Shown one piece after another: positions 35,105 through 45,800 of a stretch of 64,000 nucleotides of DNA. The notes under the pieces are model-generated. The model worked only from the letters and a program-made list of their open reading frames with translations. It was not told the origin of the DNA and did not search any database. Location: positions 17,710-81,709 of IMG/VR virus record IMGVR_UViG_3300025735_000004. The stretch is one strand, 5' to 3'. The stretch is from a virus (taxonomy: Duplodnaviria > Caudoviricetes). The translations under genes were made by a program, and so were the position numbers. Within the stretch, counting starts at the first letter, position 1. Each line of letters begins with the position of its first letter.

Positions 35105-35368
35105 ATGCACATACAAGAACTGCGTGCGCTGCTGGAAAAAGGCGTGACCCGCATCGTCTTCCTGAAAGCCGACAACAGCGAGCGCATCCTGCTCGCGACC
35201 CTTCACCCCTCCCGCATGCCACCCCCGCCACCGGTTGAAGCCGGCGCGAAACCGGGGCGTCCGATGCCCGCCGGCAACCTGCTGGTATGGGACACCGAAG
35301 CCCAGGCCTTGCGCAGCTTTTGCGTCGACCGCTTGCTGGAAGTGCCGGCACTCATTGAGGAACTTTGA
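35105..35368 (+). CDS. Stand-alone WYL_2 (DUF2693)-like SH3-fold protein
   Basis: F.K.D...R...ATL ... VWDTE....RSF..DR. Confidence 0.7.
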   Translation: MHIQELRALLEKGVTRIVFLKADNSERILLATLHPSRMPPPPPVEAGAKPGRPMPAGNLLVWDTEAQALRSFCVDRLLEVPALIEEL

Positions 35369-35369
35369 C

Positions 35370-36116
35370 ATGAACGCAATGGAGATCCGCGAACAGGAAC
35401 GCCGGCTCGCGGCGCTGACCTTTGACCAGTCGCCGTGCCGGGCTTTCCGGCTCTACCCGGAAGACGGCGACGACGATGAGTGGATCGACATCAAACCCGG
35501 CAAGGACGGGGAAGCCTTCCTGACCTACTGGATGCTCAACGAAGCCCGGCGCCGCTTGCAGCTGGTGGGCCTGTCCGAACTGGAGCCGGGTGTGTGGACC
35601 TTGGCGCTGCATTTCAGCGGCGATCGCTGGGCGTCCTACACCCTGCGCGCCGTGGCCTGTAGCAGCTGGTCGGGTGTGCTGTTCCCGCTGGCGGATATGG
35701 TGAAGAATCTGCCAGAGGGGGTGGTGCTGGACCCCGAAGAACTCGACTTCGCCCTGGAGCTGGAGACCGATCTGATCGGCCTGGCCCTGCCCGGGGCGAG
35801 CTGGACGGTGCTGTGGTTCCTCGCCAGCGAGTACAACGAATACGAAGTGGAACGGCTGGCCAAGAAGCTGGAGGACCCGTTTCAACGGGCGGCCTACTTG
35901 CAGGAACGGAGCCCGCTGACCGGACTGCCCCGGCCGGTCCTGACCTTGGAACACCCCAACGCGGTCCCGCTGGAACGCATTCAGTTCCTGCCGCCGCAAC
36001 CCGGAATCACGGTCGACCCCGACCAAGCCACCAGCAAGCGCCTGTTCAAAGAACACTGGATCTTGCGACTGTTGAACCCACCTGAAAAGGATCACTGCCA
36101 TGATGACCTCAAGTAA
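35370..36116 (+). CDS. Hypothetical protein
   Basis: Starts MNAMEIRE; 248 aa. Confidence 0.7.
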   Translation: MNAMEIREQERRLAALTFDQSPCRAFRLYPEDGDDDEWIDIKPGKDGEAFLTYWMLNEARRRLQLVGLSELEPGVWTLALHFSGDRWASYTLRAVACSSWSGVLFPLADMVKNLPEGVVLDPEELDFALELETDLIGLALPGASWTVLWFLASEYNEYEVERLAKKLEDPFQRAAYLQERSPLTGLPRPVLTLEHPNAVPLERIQFLPPQPGITVDPDQATSKRLFKEHWILRLLNPPEKDHCHDDLK

Positions 36117-36543
36117 TGTTCTAAGCCTCGCAACCTTCCGCGCCAAACGCGGTTTGCCCGAGGTGTTCCAGGACACCCGCACGCCGCTGGAAAAGATCCT
36201 CGCCTGCTACCTGCCCCCCACGAAGAACATGACCAAGGAAGCGGCGCTTCGACTGCTCGCCAGCGGCTGCGCCACCTCGATCGTGCGCTGGGCGGAAGAC
36301 AACGGCTCGGCGGTGGATGACGCGGCGCGGTTCCAGTTCTTCGCCGCCGGCAGCCCGGCGCGGCTGGTGCTACAGATCCGCGTCAGCCGCGTCGGCCAGC
36401 CCAAGGGGCCATGGCAGGCGATGGAGTTTCACCTGGACGCCGACAGCAAGGCGCTGGTGCCGCAGGCGTATGTGCAGGGAGTGGCCGAAGTATTCAAACC
36501 CCTGCTCACGCTGCCGATGACCGGGTTTTACAGGCTACGCTGA
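36100..36543 (+). CDS. Hypothetical protein
   Basis: aaggatcactgccatg start. Confidence 0.7.
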   Translation: MMTSSNVLSLATFRAKRGLPEVFQDTRTPLEKILACYLPPTKNMTKEAALRLLASGCATSIVRWAEDNGSAVDDAARFQFFAAGSPARLVLQIRVSRVGQPKGPWQAMEFHLDADSKALVPQAYVQGVAEVFKPLLTLPMTGFYRLR

Positions 36544-36588
36544 AGGTATGCGACGGAGGATCACCGTCGCGCATACCAACAGGAAGCC

Positions 36589-37116
36589 ATGATGACCAGA
36601 AAGCGCACGCCGTTAAGCGAGTGGTCGAAAGAGAACACTCAATTCCAGATCATCAAGACCGGGACGCTGGCCTTTGAGGCCGTGACCAGTACGAGCCGGG
36701 TCCGCGGTTCGATCGGCCAGCCGTCCACCGTCCTCTACGATTCGATCGCGTTGCGGTACAACCAGTGCGAACCGGGCGATCTGTTCCTGATGCGCCTGCC
36801 GAACAACCCGGCGCTGTACAACATGCGCAAGCATTTCAAGGCCCGCGGGCTGGCGGAAACGGACTACCGCGTGTTCCGTCCGTTGTGCGATGAGACGGGC
36901 GCGCACTTCAAACCCAGCAAGCGCCCGTTGGCAGTTCAGCGCCTGACGGCCGCCCGCATGAACCCCCTGCAACCCTTCCCGCGAGAAGCCGCGGCGCTGG
37001 CAAAAGCCGCCGAGGAACGCGGCGTCGGTGCGTTCCTCGTGCAAGATGAAAACCCAGTAAAACCGGGGCCTGCAGACGAGTTTTCGGCAGGAAATGGGAA
37101 CGTGGTTAATACTTGA
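36589..37116 (+). CDS. Hypothetical protein
   Basis: 175 aa, agga RBS. Confidence 0.65.
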   Translation: MMTRKRTPLSEWSKENTQFQIIKTGTLAFEAVTSTSRVRGSIGQPSTVLYDSIALRYNQCEPGDLFLMRLPNNPALYNMRKHFKARGLAETDYRVFRPLCDETGAHFKPSKRPLAVQRLTAARMNPLQPFPREAAALAKAAEERGVGAFLVQDENPVKPGPADEFSAGNGNVVNT

Positions 37117-37176
37117 GTCTTGAGGGTTAGCGTGCGAGTGACCGGCCCAAGCGAAAGGCTGGCACTCGAATTTTAT

Positions 37177-37201
37177 CGCCCGGGAAACCGGGCGTTTTTT
37201 T
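37177..37201 (+). terminator. Intrinsic terminator
   Basis: cgcccgg gaaa ccgggcg ttttttt. Confidence 0.85.
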
Positions 37202-37263
37202 CCCTCGACCGTCTGTGCAGGGCACATTGTCCTCCCGTTTTGGGGGGTTGACCGGGGCGCTTA

Positions 37264-37515
37264 ATGAATCCGCATTATCTTCCAACGACCGGCGAAAAAT
37301 TGACTGACGACGAACGCCTTTTGTTCATCCGTCACATCATCGAAAAGCACAACCTCACCCATGTCGACCTGGCTCGGTTCACCGGCTATGCCCGTGACAG
37401 CGTGTCCGGTTGGCTCACGGAAAAGACCTCACCACGCTATCGCGCCGTGCCTGTCCGGGCGTTCGACCGCCTGCTCGACCAATTGCAACTGGGCAAAGTC
37501 AAGGGCAGCAAGTAA
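37264..37515 (+). CDS. HTH DNA-binding protein (XRE/Cro-like)
   Basis: HNLTHVDLARFTGYARDSVSGWL. Confidence 0.75.
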   Translation: MNPHYLPTTGEKLTDDERLLFIRHIIEKHNLTHVDLARFTGYARDSVSGWLTEKTSPRYRAVPVRAFDRLLDQLQLGKVKGSK

Positions 37516-37530
37516 AGCGGGGGCGGGGCC

Positions 37531-40353
37531 ATGTATCACTACTATCAGCGTTCGGAACATGACGCCTGGTTTCTGCTCTCCAGTCAGGGTGAAGAGAACC
37601 CGGTGGAGCTGGCCAAGGCGCAGGGCGCGAAGAAACTGACCATCCTCGCCCTGAACCAGATGGTCAACGATGGTACCGAGGCCGAGCTGCCGCGCAACCG
37701 CGACAAGATCGGCTACCGTGGCCCGCTGTATTTCGACATCGACTGCAAGGATGACCTCGGCCAGGCCATCACCAGTGGTCAGGAACTGGTCGGCAAACTG
37801 ACCCGCATGGGGGTGCCGAAAGGCTGCCTCGAAATCTTTCTGTCGGGCAGCAAGGGCCTGCACGTTCTGGTCAACGAAAGCCTGTTTGGTGCCCGCCGCT
37901 TCACCCTGCGCCTGCCGGAAATCTACAAGGAAATGGCCCGCGACCTGTTCGTGATCGGCCTCGACTATTCGGTGTACAGCAGCGGCCGGGGCAACAGTTT
38001 CCGCATCGTCAACCTGCAGCGCCATGACGGTAAGTACCGGGTGCCCGTCAGCCCCGAGGAACTGGCCGAACTGACCGTCGACCGCTACCGCGAGCTGGTC
38101 AAGGCGCCCCGGGCGGTGGAAGTCGACGACCCGCAGGGGCTGGTGGTGCATGAACTCAAGGCCATGTTTGAAGAGGCCAAGAAGCGCGTCAACGCCAAGC
38201 CGAAGCTGGTGATCATCGCGTCATCGGCCGACATGGAAGCGATCCGCGAACCGGTCCCGACCTGCATCCAGATGCTGTGCGACAGCGATTCGTTGAAGGC
38301 CGATGCGTCCTACAACCAGGCCGCCACCCAGTTGGCCGCGTACATCGTGCGCGCCGGGGTGTCGCAGACGGTGAGCGAAAGCCTGGCGGCGCGGCTGGCC
38401 AGCAGCGCCAAGTCGAGCAAGTACAACACCGCCAAGTTGCGCCGCGATCACATCGAGGCGCAGATCCGTTACGTCGAACACACGCCGACGTTCAGCTTTG
38501 GCTGCAACGCGATCCGCGCCCTGCTCAGCAAGCGCCCGTGTGAAGGCTGCGCGATCGAGGCCGGGGCGAACAAGGGCGGCGATCAGGACGCCGGCCTGTG
38601 TGCCTTGGTTGAACCGGACGGCTATTACATCCGCCTGGGGGACGGCAAGCGGCGCATCAGCAACTTCACCCTGTCGCCGATCGATGTGTTCATTGACGTG
38701 CCGCAGGACGGCACCGCCCCGCGCCGGGTCGGCACGCGGATGGCGGTGATGAAGGACGGCAACGAGCTGTCCAAGATCATTTTCAAAGAAGCGGCCTTCG
38801 CCAGCCGCTCGGCGTTTCTGAAAGAGCTGGAAGGCCTCACTGACCTGACGTTTCAGGGGTCCGATCTGGAGATTCAGAAAATCAAACTCGCAATTTTCCG
38901 GGAGGCTCAGGACGTGGGAGAAATTTTCCAGGTCTACACCGCCGGGGTCCACATGGACTTCGTCGATGACATCCCGCTGTTCACCTATGTCGAACCTGAT
39001 ATGTCGGTGAACACGGTCAAGGTGCGCGGCACCCACCAGTTCCTCGGCAACCTGGTGGCCCGTCCTTACTTTGCGCACACCACCATGCCCGAGCGCGCCG
39101 ATCAGACCGTGGACAATGTGTTGGACAACCTGCTCAGGATTAACCAGCGACACGAAATGGGCATGCTGATTGGCTGGAGCATCGCGGCGCATTTTAAGAC
39201 GCACCTGATGTACCTCTACAGCCAGTTTCCTGTGCTCGCCCTGTGGGGCAGCGCCGGTTCCGGCAAGTCGAAGACGGCGGGCTTGATCACCTGGCTCAAC
39301 GGCACCGACTACATGCTCAAGGACTCCGGGGTTAGCGCCCCGTCGACCTCGCCCTACGGCATGCTGGATTACCTGTCGAGCACCACCACGGTTCCCCGGA
39401 TCATTGAAGAATTCAACAAGTCCAAGATGAGCAGCCATGCCTACAAGGACGTGGGCGAGCGGATCAAGCAGGCCTGGAACGCTGAGTCGACCTTGAAAGG
39501 AAAGCTCGGCCGGGGCATGGGCCGCACCGGCGCCGAAGCGGTGGCCATCCCGCTGTCCTCGCCGCTGGTGGTGATTTCGGAGCAAGAAATTGAAATCCCG
39601 GCGATCCAGGAACGCAGCATCCGCGTCCACCTGACCAAACAGAAGCGTGGCAAATGCCGCGAGCCGTTCTTTCTGGCCAGCGAAGGGCGCCAGCACCTGC
39701 GCCGGCTCGGCAAGGCCGTGATGGCCAAGGCGCTGACCACCACGCCCGAGGAAATCGAAGCGCTGATGACCAAGGCGTCGGGCCTGCTGCCCAAGGACAT
39801 GGACGATCGCCCACGCTACTCGCAGCAGGTGGTGCTGGTCGGGCTGTGGCAGTTGCAGGCGGTGTGTGAAGAACTGCACCTGTTCCAGTCACTGAAGACG
39901 CTGGAGCCAATCATTGACGTGGTGATCGGCCGCTTCGATGCCCCGGACCAAGGTTACGTGCAGAGCGAAATCGACCTGGTGCTGCAAAAGCTCGCGATCA
40001 TCGTGGCCATTTCACGCAGCGTGCAGGAAGCGGGGCAGGGCTATGTGCATCTGGTTGAGGGCCTACACTACTCGGTAACCCCGGAGTACCTGATCCTCGA
40101 CCCGGTGCTGGGCCATGCCGCCTACACCCGCTTCTGTACCGTCGAGGAACGCACCGCGCCAGTGATCAGCAGCGGGGCGCAGTTCACCAAGTTGATCAAC
40201 GAAGAACCCTATTTCATCAAGTACGCGCCATTCGCCGGGTTAGGTGGTGGCCGTCCGATGCTCTACCTGTCGCTCAAAGAAATGCAGGGGAAGAACATCG
40301 ACACCAGCCTGCTCGGCTGGGAGGGTGGGTATGACCGCTCCTACACTAGCTGA
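37531..40353 (+). CDS. AEP primase-polymerase fused to a Cys-cluster domain and P-loop helicase
   Basis: LYFDID, SGSKGLHV, C-terminal CNAIR...PCEGC, Walker A GSAGSGKS, Walker B IIEEF. Confidence 0.85.
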   Translation: MYHYYQRSEHDAWFLLSSQGEENPVELAKAQGAKKLTILALNQMVNDGTEAELPRNRDKIGYRGPLYFDIDCKDDLGQAITSGQELVGKLTRMGVPKGCLEIFLSGSKGLHVLVNESLFGARRFTLRLPEIYKEMARDLFVIGLDYSVYSSGRGNSFRIVNLQRHDGKYRVPVSPEELAELTVDRYRELVKAPRAVEVDDPQGLVVHELKAMFEEAKKRVNAKPKLVIIASSADMEAIREPVPTCIQMLCDSDSLKADASYNQAATQLAAYIVRAGVSQTVSESLAARLASSAKSSKYNTAKLRRDHIEAQIRYVEHTPTFSFGCNAIRALLSKRPCEGCAIEAGANKGGDQDAGLCALVEPDGYYIRLGDGKRRISNFTLSPIDVFIDVPQDGTAPRRVGTRMAVMKDGNELSKIIFKEAAFASRSAFLKELEGLTDLTFQGSDLEIQKIKLAIFREAQDVGEIFQVYTAGVHMDFVDDIPLFTYVEPDMSVNTVKVRGTHQFLGNLVARPYFAHTTMPERADQTVDNVLDNLLRINQRHEMGMLIGWSIAAHFKTHLMYLYSQFPVLALWGSAGSGKSKTAGLITWLNGTDYMLKDSGVSAPSTSPYGMLDYLSSTTTVPRIIEEFNKSKMSSHAYKDVGERIKQAWNAESTLKGKLGRGMGRTGAEAVAIPLSSPLVVISEQEIEIPAIQERSIRVHLTKQKRGKCREPFFLASEGRQHLRRLGKAVMAKALTTTPEEIEALMTKASGLLPKDMDDRPRYSQQVVLVGLWQLQAVCEELHLFQSLKTLEPIIDVVIGRFDAPDQGYVQSEIDLVLQKLAIIVAISRSVQEAGQGYVHLVEGLHYSVTPEYLILDPVLGHAAYTRFCTVEERTAPVISSGAQFTKLINEEPYFIKYAPFAGLGGGRPMLYLSLKEMQGKNIDTSLLGWEGGYDRSYTS

Positions 40354-41863
40354 ATACTTTCAGCGCGCCGGCATCGAACGCTACCCATCGTTCGCCCCGT
40401 TCGTGCAGCTCAAGCACACCCCGTTCCAGTCGCAGGTCGAAGGCCTGAGCCTGTGCGTACATTACCAGTGGTTCGGTCTGCTCGATGAGACCGGCGCCGG
40501 CAAGTCGATCCCCGTGGTGGGTGCGGCCCTGCACTACATCGGCCTGGGCAACAAGGTCGTGGTGCTGACGCTGGCCACCCTGATCTACCAGTTCGCCGAG
40601 TCCGTGATCGAAGAGTTTCAGGGCGTCGACAAGTACGTGCGCGTCCATGTGCTGGATGAACCGCCGGCCAAGCGCGCCAAGCTGATCGAGAAGTGGGACA
40701 ACGAAGGTTGGCCAGAAATGATGGTCATGAGCTACGAGCTGTTTGGCCACCAGAAACTGTGCAAGATCCTCAAGGAAAAGGGCTACGACGTACTGATCAC
40801 GGACGAAAGCCAGAAGTGGAAGTCACCGGAAAGCACGCTGGCCAAACGCATTGGCGAGTACGTCGGCAACCCGGCGCAGCCGGACACCGCGTTCTTTCCC
40901 ATGACCGGCACGCCGATGCACACCTACATGAGTGACTGCTACACCCTGCTCACCTTCATGAGCCCGGGGGCGTACCTGTCCTACGACCACTTCTGTCGCC
41001 GGCACTGCCGCTACAAGCTGATCCGCTTGAAGGTGCCCAAGATCACCAGCGGTGGCAAACGCATCAGCCGGGTCAAGGAACTGGTGGGCTACCAGCGGCA
41101 CGCCGAGTTGTCGGCCAACCTGTATGCCCGCTGCCGGCGTGTGCTGAAAAGCCAGATCCCGGAACTGCGCGACCTGAAGGAGCCGATCATTACCGAAGTG
41201 CCGGTCAGGCTGAGCCCGGCGCACCGCGAGGCGTACCGCAAACTCACCATCGAACGCTTCATCGACTACGGCGACGGCACCATCCTCTCTGCCCTGCAGG
41301 AGCAGGAGCTGCGCCAGAAGGTGTTGCAGATTGTCACCTGCCCGGAACTGTTCCTGCCCGAAGGCGCCAAGATCGACAACCAGGTGCTCGCCACCTGCCG
41401 CGACTTGGCCGAGGCGCACGTCACCGATTCCAAGGTGATCCTGTTCGTGAATTTCAAGGAGACCGTGGCGCGCTATGCCGAGTTCTTTGCGGACATGAAC
41501 CCGGCGACCATGAACGGGGCTCTGTCCGCGACCCAGCGCCAGGCGATGACCGAGAAGTTCCTGCACGACCCGACCTGCCGGCTGCTGGTGGCCAACCCAC
41601 GATCCGCCGGGGCGGGCTTCAACTTTCAAGGGGTCAGTCACACGGTGATCTTTGCCGAACCGACCGGCTCCCCGGGGGAATTCAAGCAGGCGATGGACCG
41701 GGTCGTCAGACCGGGCCAGCTCTGGCAGTGCAACATCTACGTGTTGAAGGCGCTGGAAACCCTAGCGCCCAACGCCATCCGCAACATGCTCAAGCGTGAC
41801 GGGGACATCGGGCAAGTGACCCTCGATCCTCGCACCCTGCGCCACTTTTACAACGTCGCATAA
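40331..41863 (+). CDS. SNF2-like superfamily 2 helicase
   Basis: DETGAGKS, TDESQ, MTGTP, GAGFNFQ, QAMDRVVRPGQ. Confidence 0.88.
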   Translation: MTAPTLAEYFQRAGIERYPSFAPFVQLKHTPFQSQVEGLSLCVHYQWFGLLDETGAGKSIPVVGAALHYIGLGNKVVVLTLATLIYQFAESVIEEFQGVDKYVRVHVLDEPPAKRAKLIEKWDNEGWPEMMVMSYELFGHQKLCKILKEKGYDVLITDESQKWKSPESTLAKRIGEYVGNPAQPDTAFFPMTGTPMHTYMSDCYTLLTFMSPGAYLSYDHFCRRHCRYKLIRLKVPKITSGGKRISRVKELVGYQRHAELSANLYARCRRVLKSQIPELRDLKEPIITEVPVRLSPAHREAYRKLTIERFIDYGDGTILSALQEQELRQKVLQIVTCPELFLPEGAKIDNQVLATCRDLAEAHVTDSKVILFVNFKETVARYAEFFADMNPATMNGALSATQRQAMTEKFLHDPTCRLLVANPRSAGAGFNFQGVSHTVIFAEPTGSPGEFKQAMDRVVRPGQLWQCNIYVLKALETLAPNAIRNMLKRDGDIGQVTLDPRTLRHFYNVA

Positions 41864-41953
41864 GACGACGGCACGAATTCCGGGAGACCGGGATAACAAG
41901 CGGCGGTAACAGCCGCAATTTGAATGACATTTTGAAGTTCAAAGACTAGGGGA

Positions 41954-42751
41954 ATGACAATGCCACTGATCAAAGATGGTAGCGCCGTAAGCAAGGACGC
42001 GGTGGAAACCGCAGAAGCGAGCGCCGCACAAAACTCCGAAACCCTGCAGGAAGAGGCCTCCGTGTTGGATGAGCCGGCTGTCCTGGACCCTGAACCGGCT
42101 GCGCAGCCTGCGGCTCAACCCACCTCTACCTCCACCGCTGTCGCCCCTCGCGCCGATGCGCCTGCGGCTCGCAGCAATGGCAGCCAGATGAAAGCCATGC
42201 AGGAAATGGAAGACGCCGGTTTTGGTGGCGGTCACATTGACTTCACGTCTTTCACCAACATCGTTTTGAAAGACGGTGAGTTCCAACTGGTCGGCACCAC
42301 TAAGTCGTTCTCCGCGACCGAAGGGTTTACCGGCACCATCCTGCAGGGTCGCGCCAAATGGGCGATGCGTGTGGGCAACGACGACGACGCCGACGTGTGC
42401 TTCGCGTACTCCAAGGCGGAATTCAACGACGTTGAAACCGAATCCGGGGCCAAGGTGGCCGAGTGGCGTGCGGAAAACCTGAAGCCTGAGCTGAAGGAAT
42501 ACGCCGAACTCTTTGTCATGGTCGACAAGATTCACGCCAGTGAATGCAAGGAGCTGGAAGGTGACGCCGTGGTTGTGCAGGTGTCGCCGATGTCGATCGG
42601 CAGGTGGGCGGGCTACAAGTTCAAGATGCAGAGCCGCACTGGCTGCCTCCCGAACGGCTACAAAACCCTGTTCATCCGTGGCGAAAAGGTCACGGCCGCC
42701 AAGTTTCCGTTCTACCCATGGGATTTCAAGTTTGTTGAATTGAACGCCTAA
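41954..42751 (+). CDS. Probable ssDNA-binding/replication accessory protein
   Basis: Position between helicase and polymerase; acidic, disordered N-terminus and aromatic C-terminus. No diagnostic motif. Confidence 0.45.
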   Translation: MTMPLIKDGSAVSKDAVETAEASAAQNSETLQEEASVLDEPAVLDPEPAAQPAAQPTSTSTAVAPRADAPAARSNGSQMKAMQEMEDAGFGGGHIDFTSFTNIVLKDGEFQLVGTTKSFSATEGFTGTILQGRAKWAMRVGNDDDADVCFAYSKAEFNDVETESGAKVAEWRAENLKPELKEYAELFVMVDKIHASECKELEGDAVVVQVSPMSIGRWAGYKFKMQSRTGCLPNGYKTLFIRGEKVTAAKFPFYPWDFKFVELNA

Positions 42752-42831
42752 GCCTCACGGCTAGCTGTGGTTTGCCGGCGGGTTCGCGCCCGCCGGCACT
42801 CTCTCTTGTCGTCCGAGGAATGGGGTGCAAC

Positions 42832-45800
42832 GTGAAACTGAATGGACTTGCTCTGCTCGATGTGCGCGGCTTGCTGCTGCACGCCTACCACCGGGGCACT
42901 GACCCCGATGCCAAACTCAGCCCCCTGACTGACAAGCCGGTGAACTCTGCCGGCTACGGTTTGCGTGGGTTCCTGGACACCTACATCATTCCCCTGCTGT
43001 CTGATTTCTCCCCCCTCAACATCATTGCGGTGTGGGATGGGGGCAACACCTTCCGCGAGAGCCTGTTCGCGAACTACAAGGCCAAGCGCCACGCCGAGGA
43101 AAAAGACCCGGCGGTCGAAGCCCAGCTGAAAAAGATGTTCGACATGGCCAAGGCGCTGCTGGCCTATGCCGGCGCCTTCAACGTGCGCGTCGAAGGCGTG
43201 GAAGCGGACGACGTGATCGGCGCCTTCTGCCTGCACTTCCCTGAAGTGCTCAAGCTGGTTCACACCGTGGACCGCGACCTGACCCAACTCAACGACGACA
43301 ACACCACCGTGCTGGTGAAGGCTCTGCCGGCGGACGATTTCGAAGGCTACCCAACCCGCTACGTGCGGATCTACAAGTCCCTGGTGGGGGACAAGACCGA
43401 CGAATACGGCGGCGTGCCGCAGGTCGGGCCGGTGGCGTTCAAGTTCCTGGTCGACACCTACGGCTGGGACGGCATCGAGCAGCTGGAAGCCTGTGTGGCC
43501 AGCAACGACTACACCTTTCTGCTGGAAGCGTGCGAAGCCACCAGCTGCAAGGTGCTGCGCAAAATCTACGAGAGCCGCAGCACCTGGCGCCTGATGTACA
43601 CCCTGGCGGGGCTGCACCCGGAACTGCTGTATGGCGCGCAGGGCCGCACGATCATCCGCCCGGAGTGGTACGTGCGCCTACCGGACGCGACCAAGGTGCT
43701 GGACCTGCTGACCATCGCAGGTGACCCGAGCCTGTTCGAACACTTCGCCCCGCACATGCCGACCATGACCCTGGTGACGCCGGAGAACTGGCCGCAGGTG
43801 CATGCCGCCTACGTTGAAGGGCTGCGCGACACCCCGCTGGCCAGCTTCGACTATGAAACCTACGACAGCCTTGGCCACGACTGGTCGGCCGCCCTGCCGG
43901 ACAGCTCCCGCGGCTACGTCGACGTGCTGTCGCAGCGCCTGACCGGGGGGTCTTTCACCTACGGCAGCAACCTGCAACACACCTTCTACCTCCCGGTGCT
44001 GCACAAGAACACGGCCAACCTGGACAAGGCGCGGCTGGTGGATCTGCTGCTCGACATCGAAGAGGCGCGGGTTGATTTCGTCGCACACAACGCGAGGTTC
44101 GAAGCGTTGGTGACCAAGCTGACGCTGAACTTCCAGCTGGAGGGGCCGATCTGTACGCAGATGCTCGGCACCTACGTCGACGAAAACCTGGAGCAGGGCT
44201 TGAAGGCCCACGCCCGGCACTGGCTGAAGTACGACCAGGTCGAGTACAAGGAGCTGCTGGCCCAGCACGGCGCCCGGGACATGCGCGACCTCACTGGCGA
44301 GCAGGTGACCCACTACGCCTGTGATGACGCCTTCGTCGCGGCGCGGCTGGCGGTGCTGTTCTTCCTGATCCTCAAGCTGGAACAGCAGTGGGACTTCGCC
44401 TACAACGAGGACCGCTACACCCTGCACCCGTTCAACGACAGCTTTGAAACCGGCGTGCAGCTCGACTACGCCCGCCTGGACGAACTGGCCGCTGCCGATG
44501 CCGAGGTGGTCAAGAACAACACCGAACGGTTGCACAGCCTGCTGGCTGAGCATTGCAACCAGATCAGCGACATCGGCGCTGAGGGCTTGAAGAAGGCTGA
44601 GGGCGACAACCTGCTCCGGCTGTTCATCCACGACAAGCTGAACCGCTCGCAGGCACAGGCCAAGGTGGCCGAGGCCTATGAGCGCTGGCGGCTGGGTTCG
44701 GTGTACGTCCCCTACACCGAGACCTTTACCCCGGCCGAGTTCATCGCCACGGAGAAGGGATTCACCCGCGTGGCCGAGAAGGTCGGGCTGCCGATCGTGA
44801 TGGAAAGCGTCAGCGGCAAGGGCGTCACCGCCTGGCTGATGACCAGCCAGCACCACCTGAAACAGCACGGCAGTACCGACCCGCGTGCCCGCATGCTGGT
44901 CGAGCTGGTGCAGGCCGCTGCCGGCGAGATTCGCAAGCGCGAGGGCGAGGCGTTCCTGACCTTGAAGCGGTTCATTGAAACCGAAGTGCTGCACCTGGAC
45001 GGCGTGCGCGTGATCGAGGGCGACGAACTCAACCTCAACAGCCCCAAGCAAATGCAGATGCTGCTGTACTGCAAGTTGCAATTGCCGGTGCGCCTGCGCA
45101 CCTTCCCGCAGAAGGGCAGCCGGCGGGATGAACTCGGCCTGGAAGGCAACCCCTCGACCAACGAGGACGCGATGTTGGCCGCGATGGCCGAGGACTGCCC
45201 CGAGGGCGATTGGCGCCGCGAGGTGTTGCAGCTGCTGATCGGCACCAAAGAGTGCATGACCCGCCAGTCCCTGTACTACGCCAAGTATCCGCACTGGCGG
45301 CACCCGAGCACTGGCGTGGTCCACCCTGGCACCCGCAACAATGGCACCAAGACCCGCCGCCCGGCCGGCTCCAGCCTAAACATCCTCGCCGTGAGCAAAG
45401 GCCCGCTGCGCTCGATCTTTCTGCCCCGGTACAAAGGGCATGTGATCGTCTCGCTGGACTTCTCCGGGCAGGAACTGCGCATCACGGGCAGCGAGGCAAA
45501 AGACCCGGTGCTGATTCAGGCCTACACCAGCCTGCCGAGCTACCTCGACGACGACGGCATGCTGCGCGCACGCTTCCAGGACATTCACTCGGTCACCGGC
45601 TGCACCTTCGCCGCCAAGGTGCTGGAGCAGCAGCTGGGCGGCGACATCCTCAAGCGCCTGAGTTTCAACAGCGCCGGCACCATGGACTACGAACAGTTTG
45701 TCAGCCTGTTGAAGGAAGGCGAGCACCTGTATGAGTTGGCCGGCGACCAGGCTCTGCCGCTGGGCAAGGCCATCATCAAGATCCGCAAGATGGCCAAGAC

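Noticed and set aside
38221-39879. 552-aa minus-strand ORF
   Set aside because: Shadow frame antisense to the primase-helicase, caused by GC3 bias; no motifs.
43678-45324. 548-aa minus-strand ORF
   Set aside because: Antisense shadow of the DNA polymerase.
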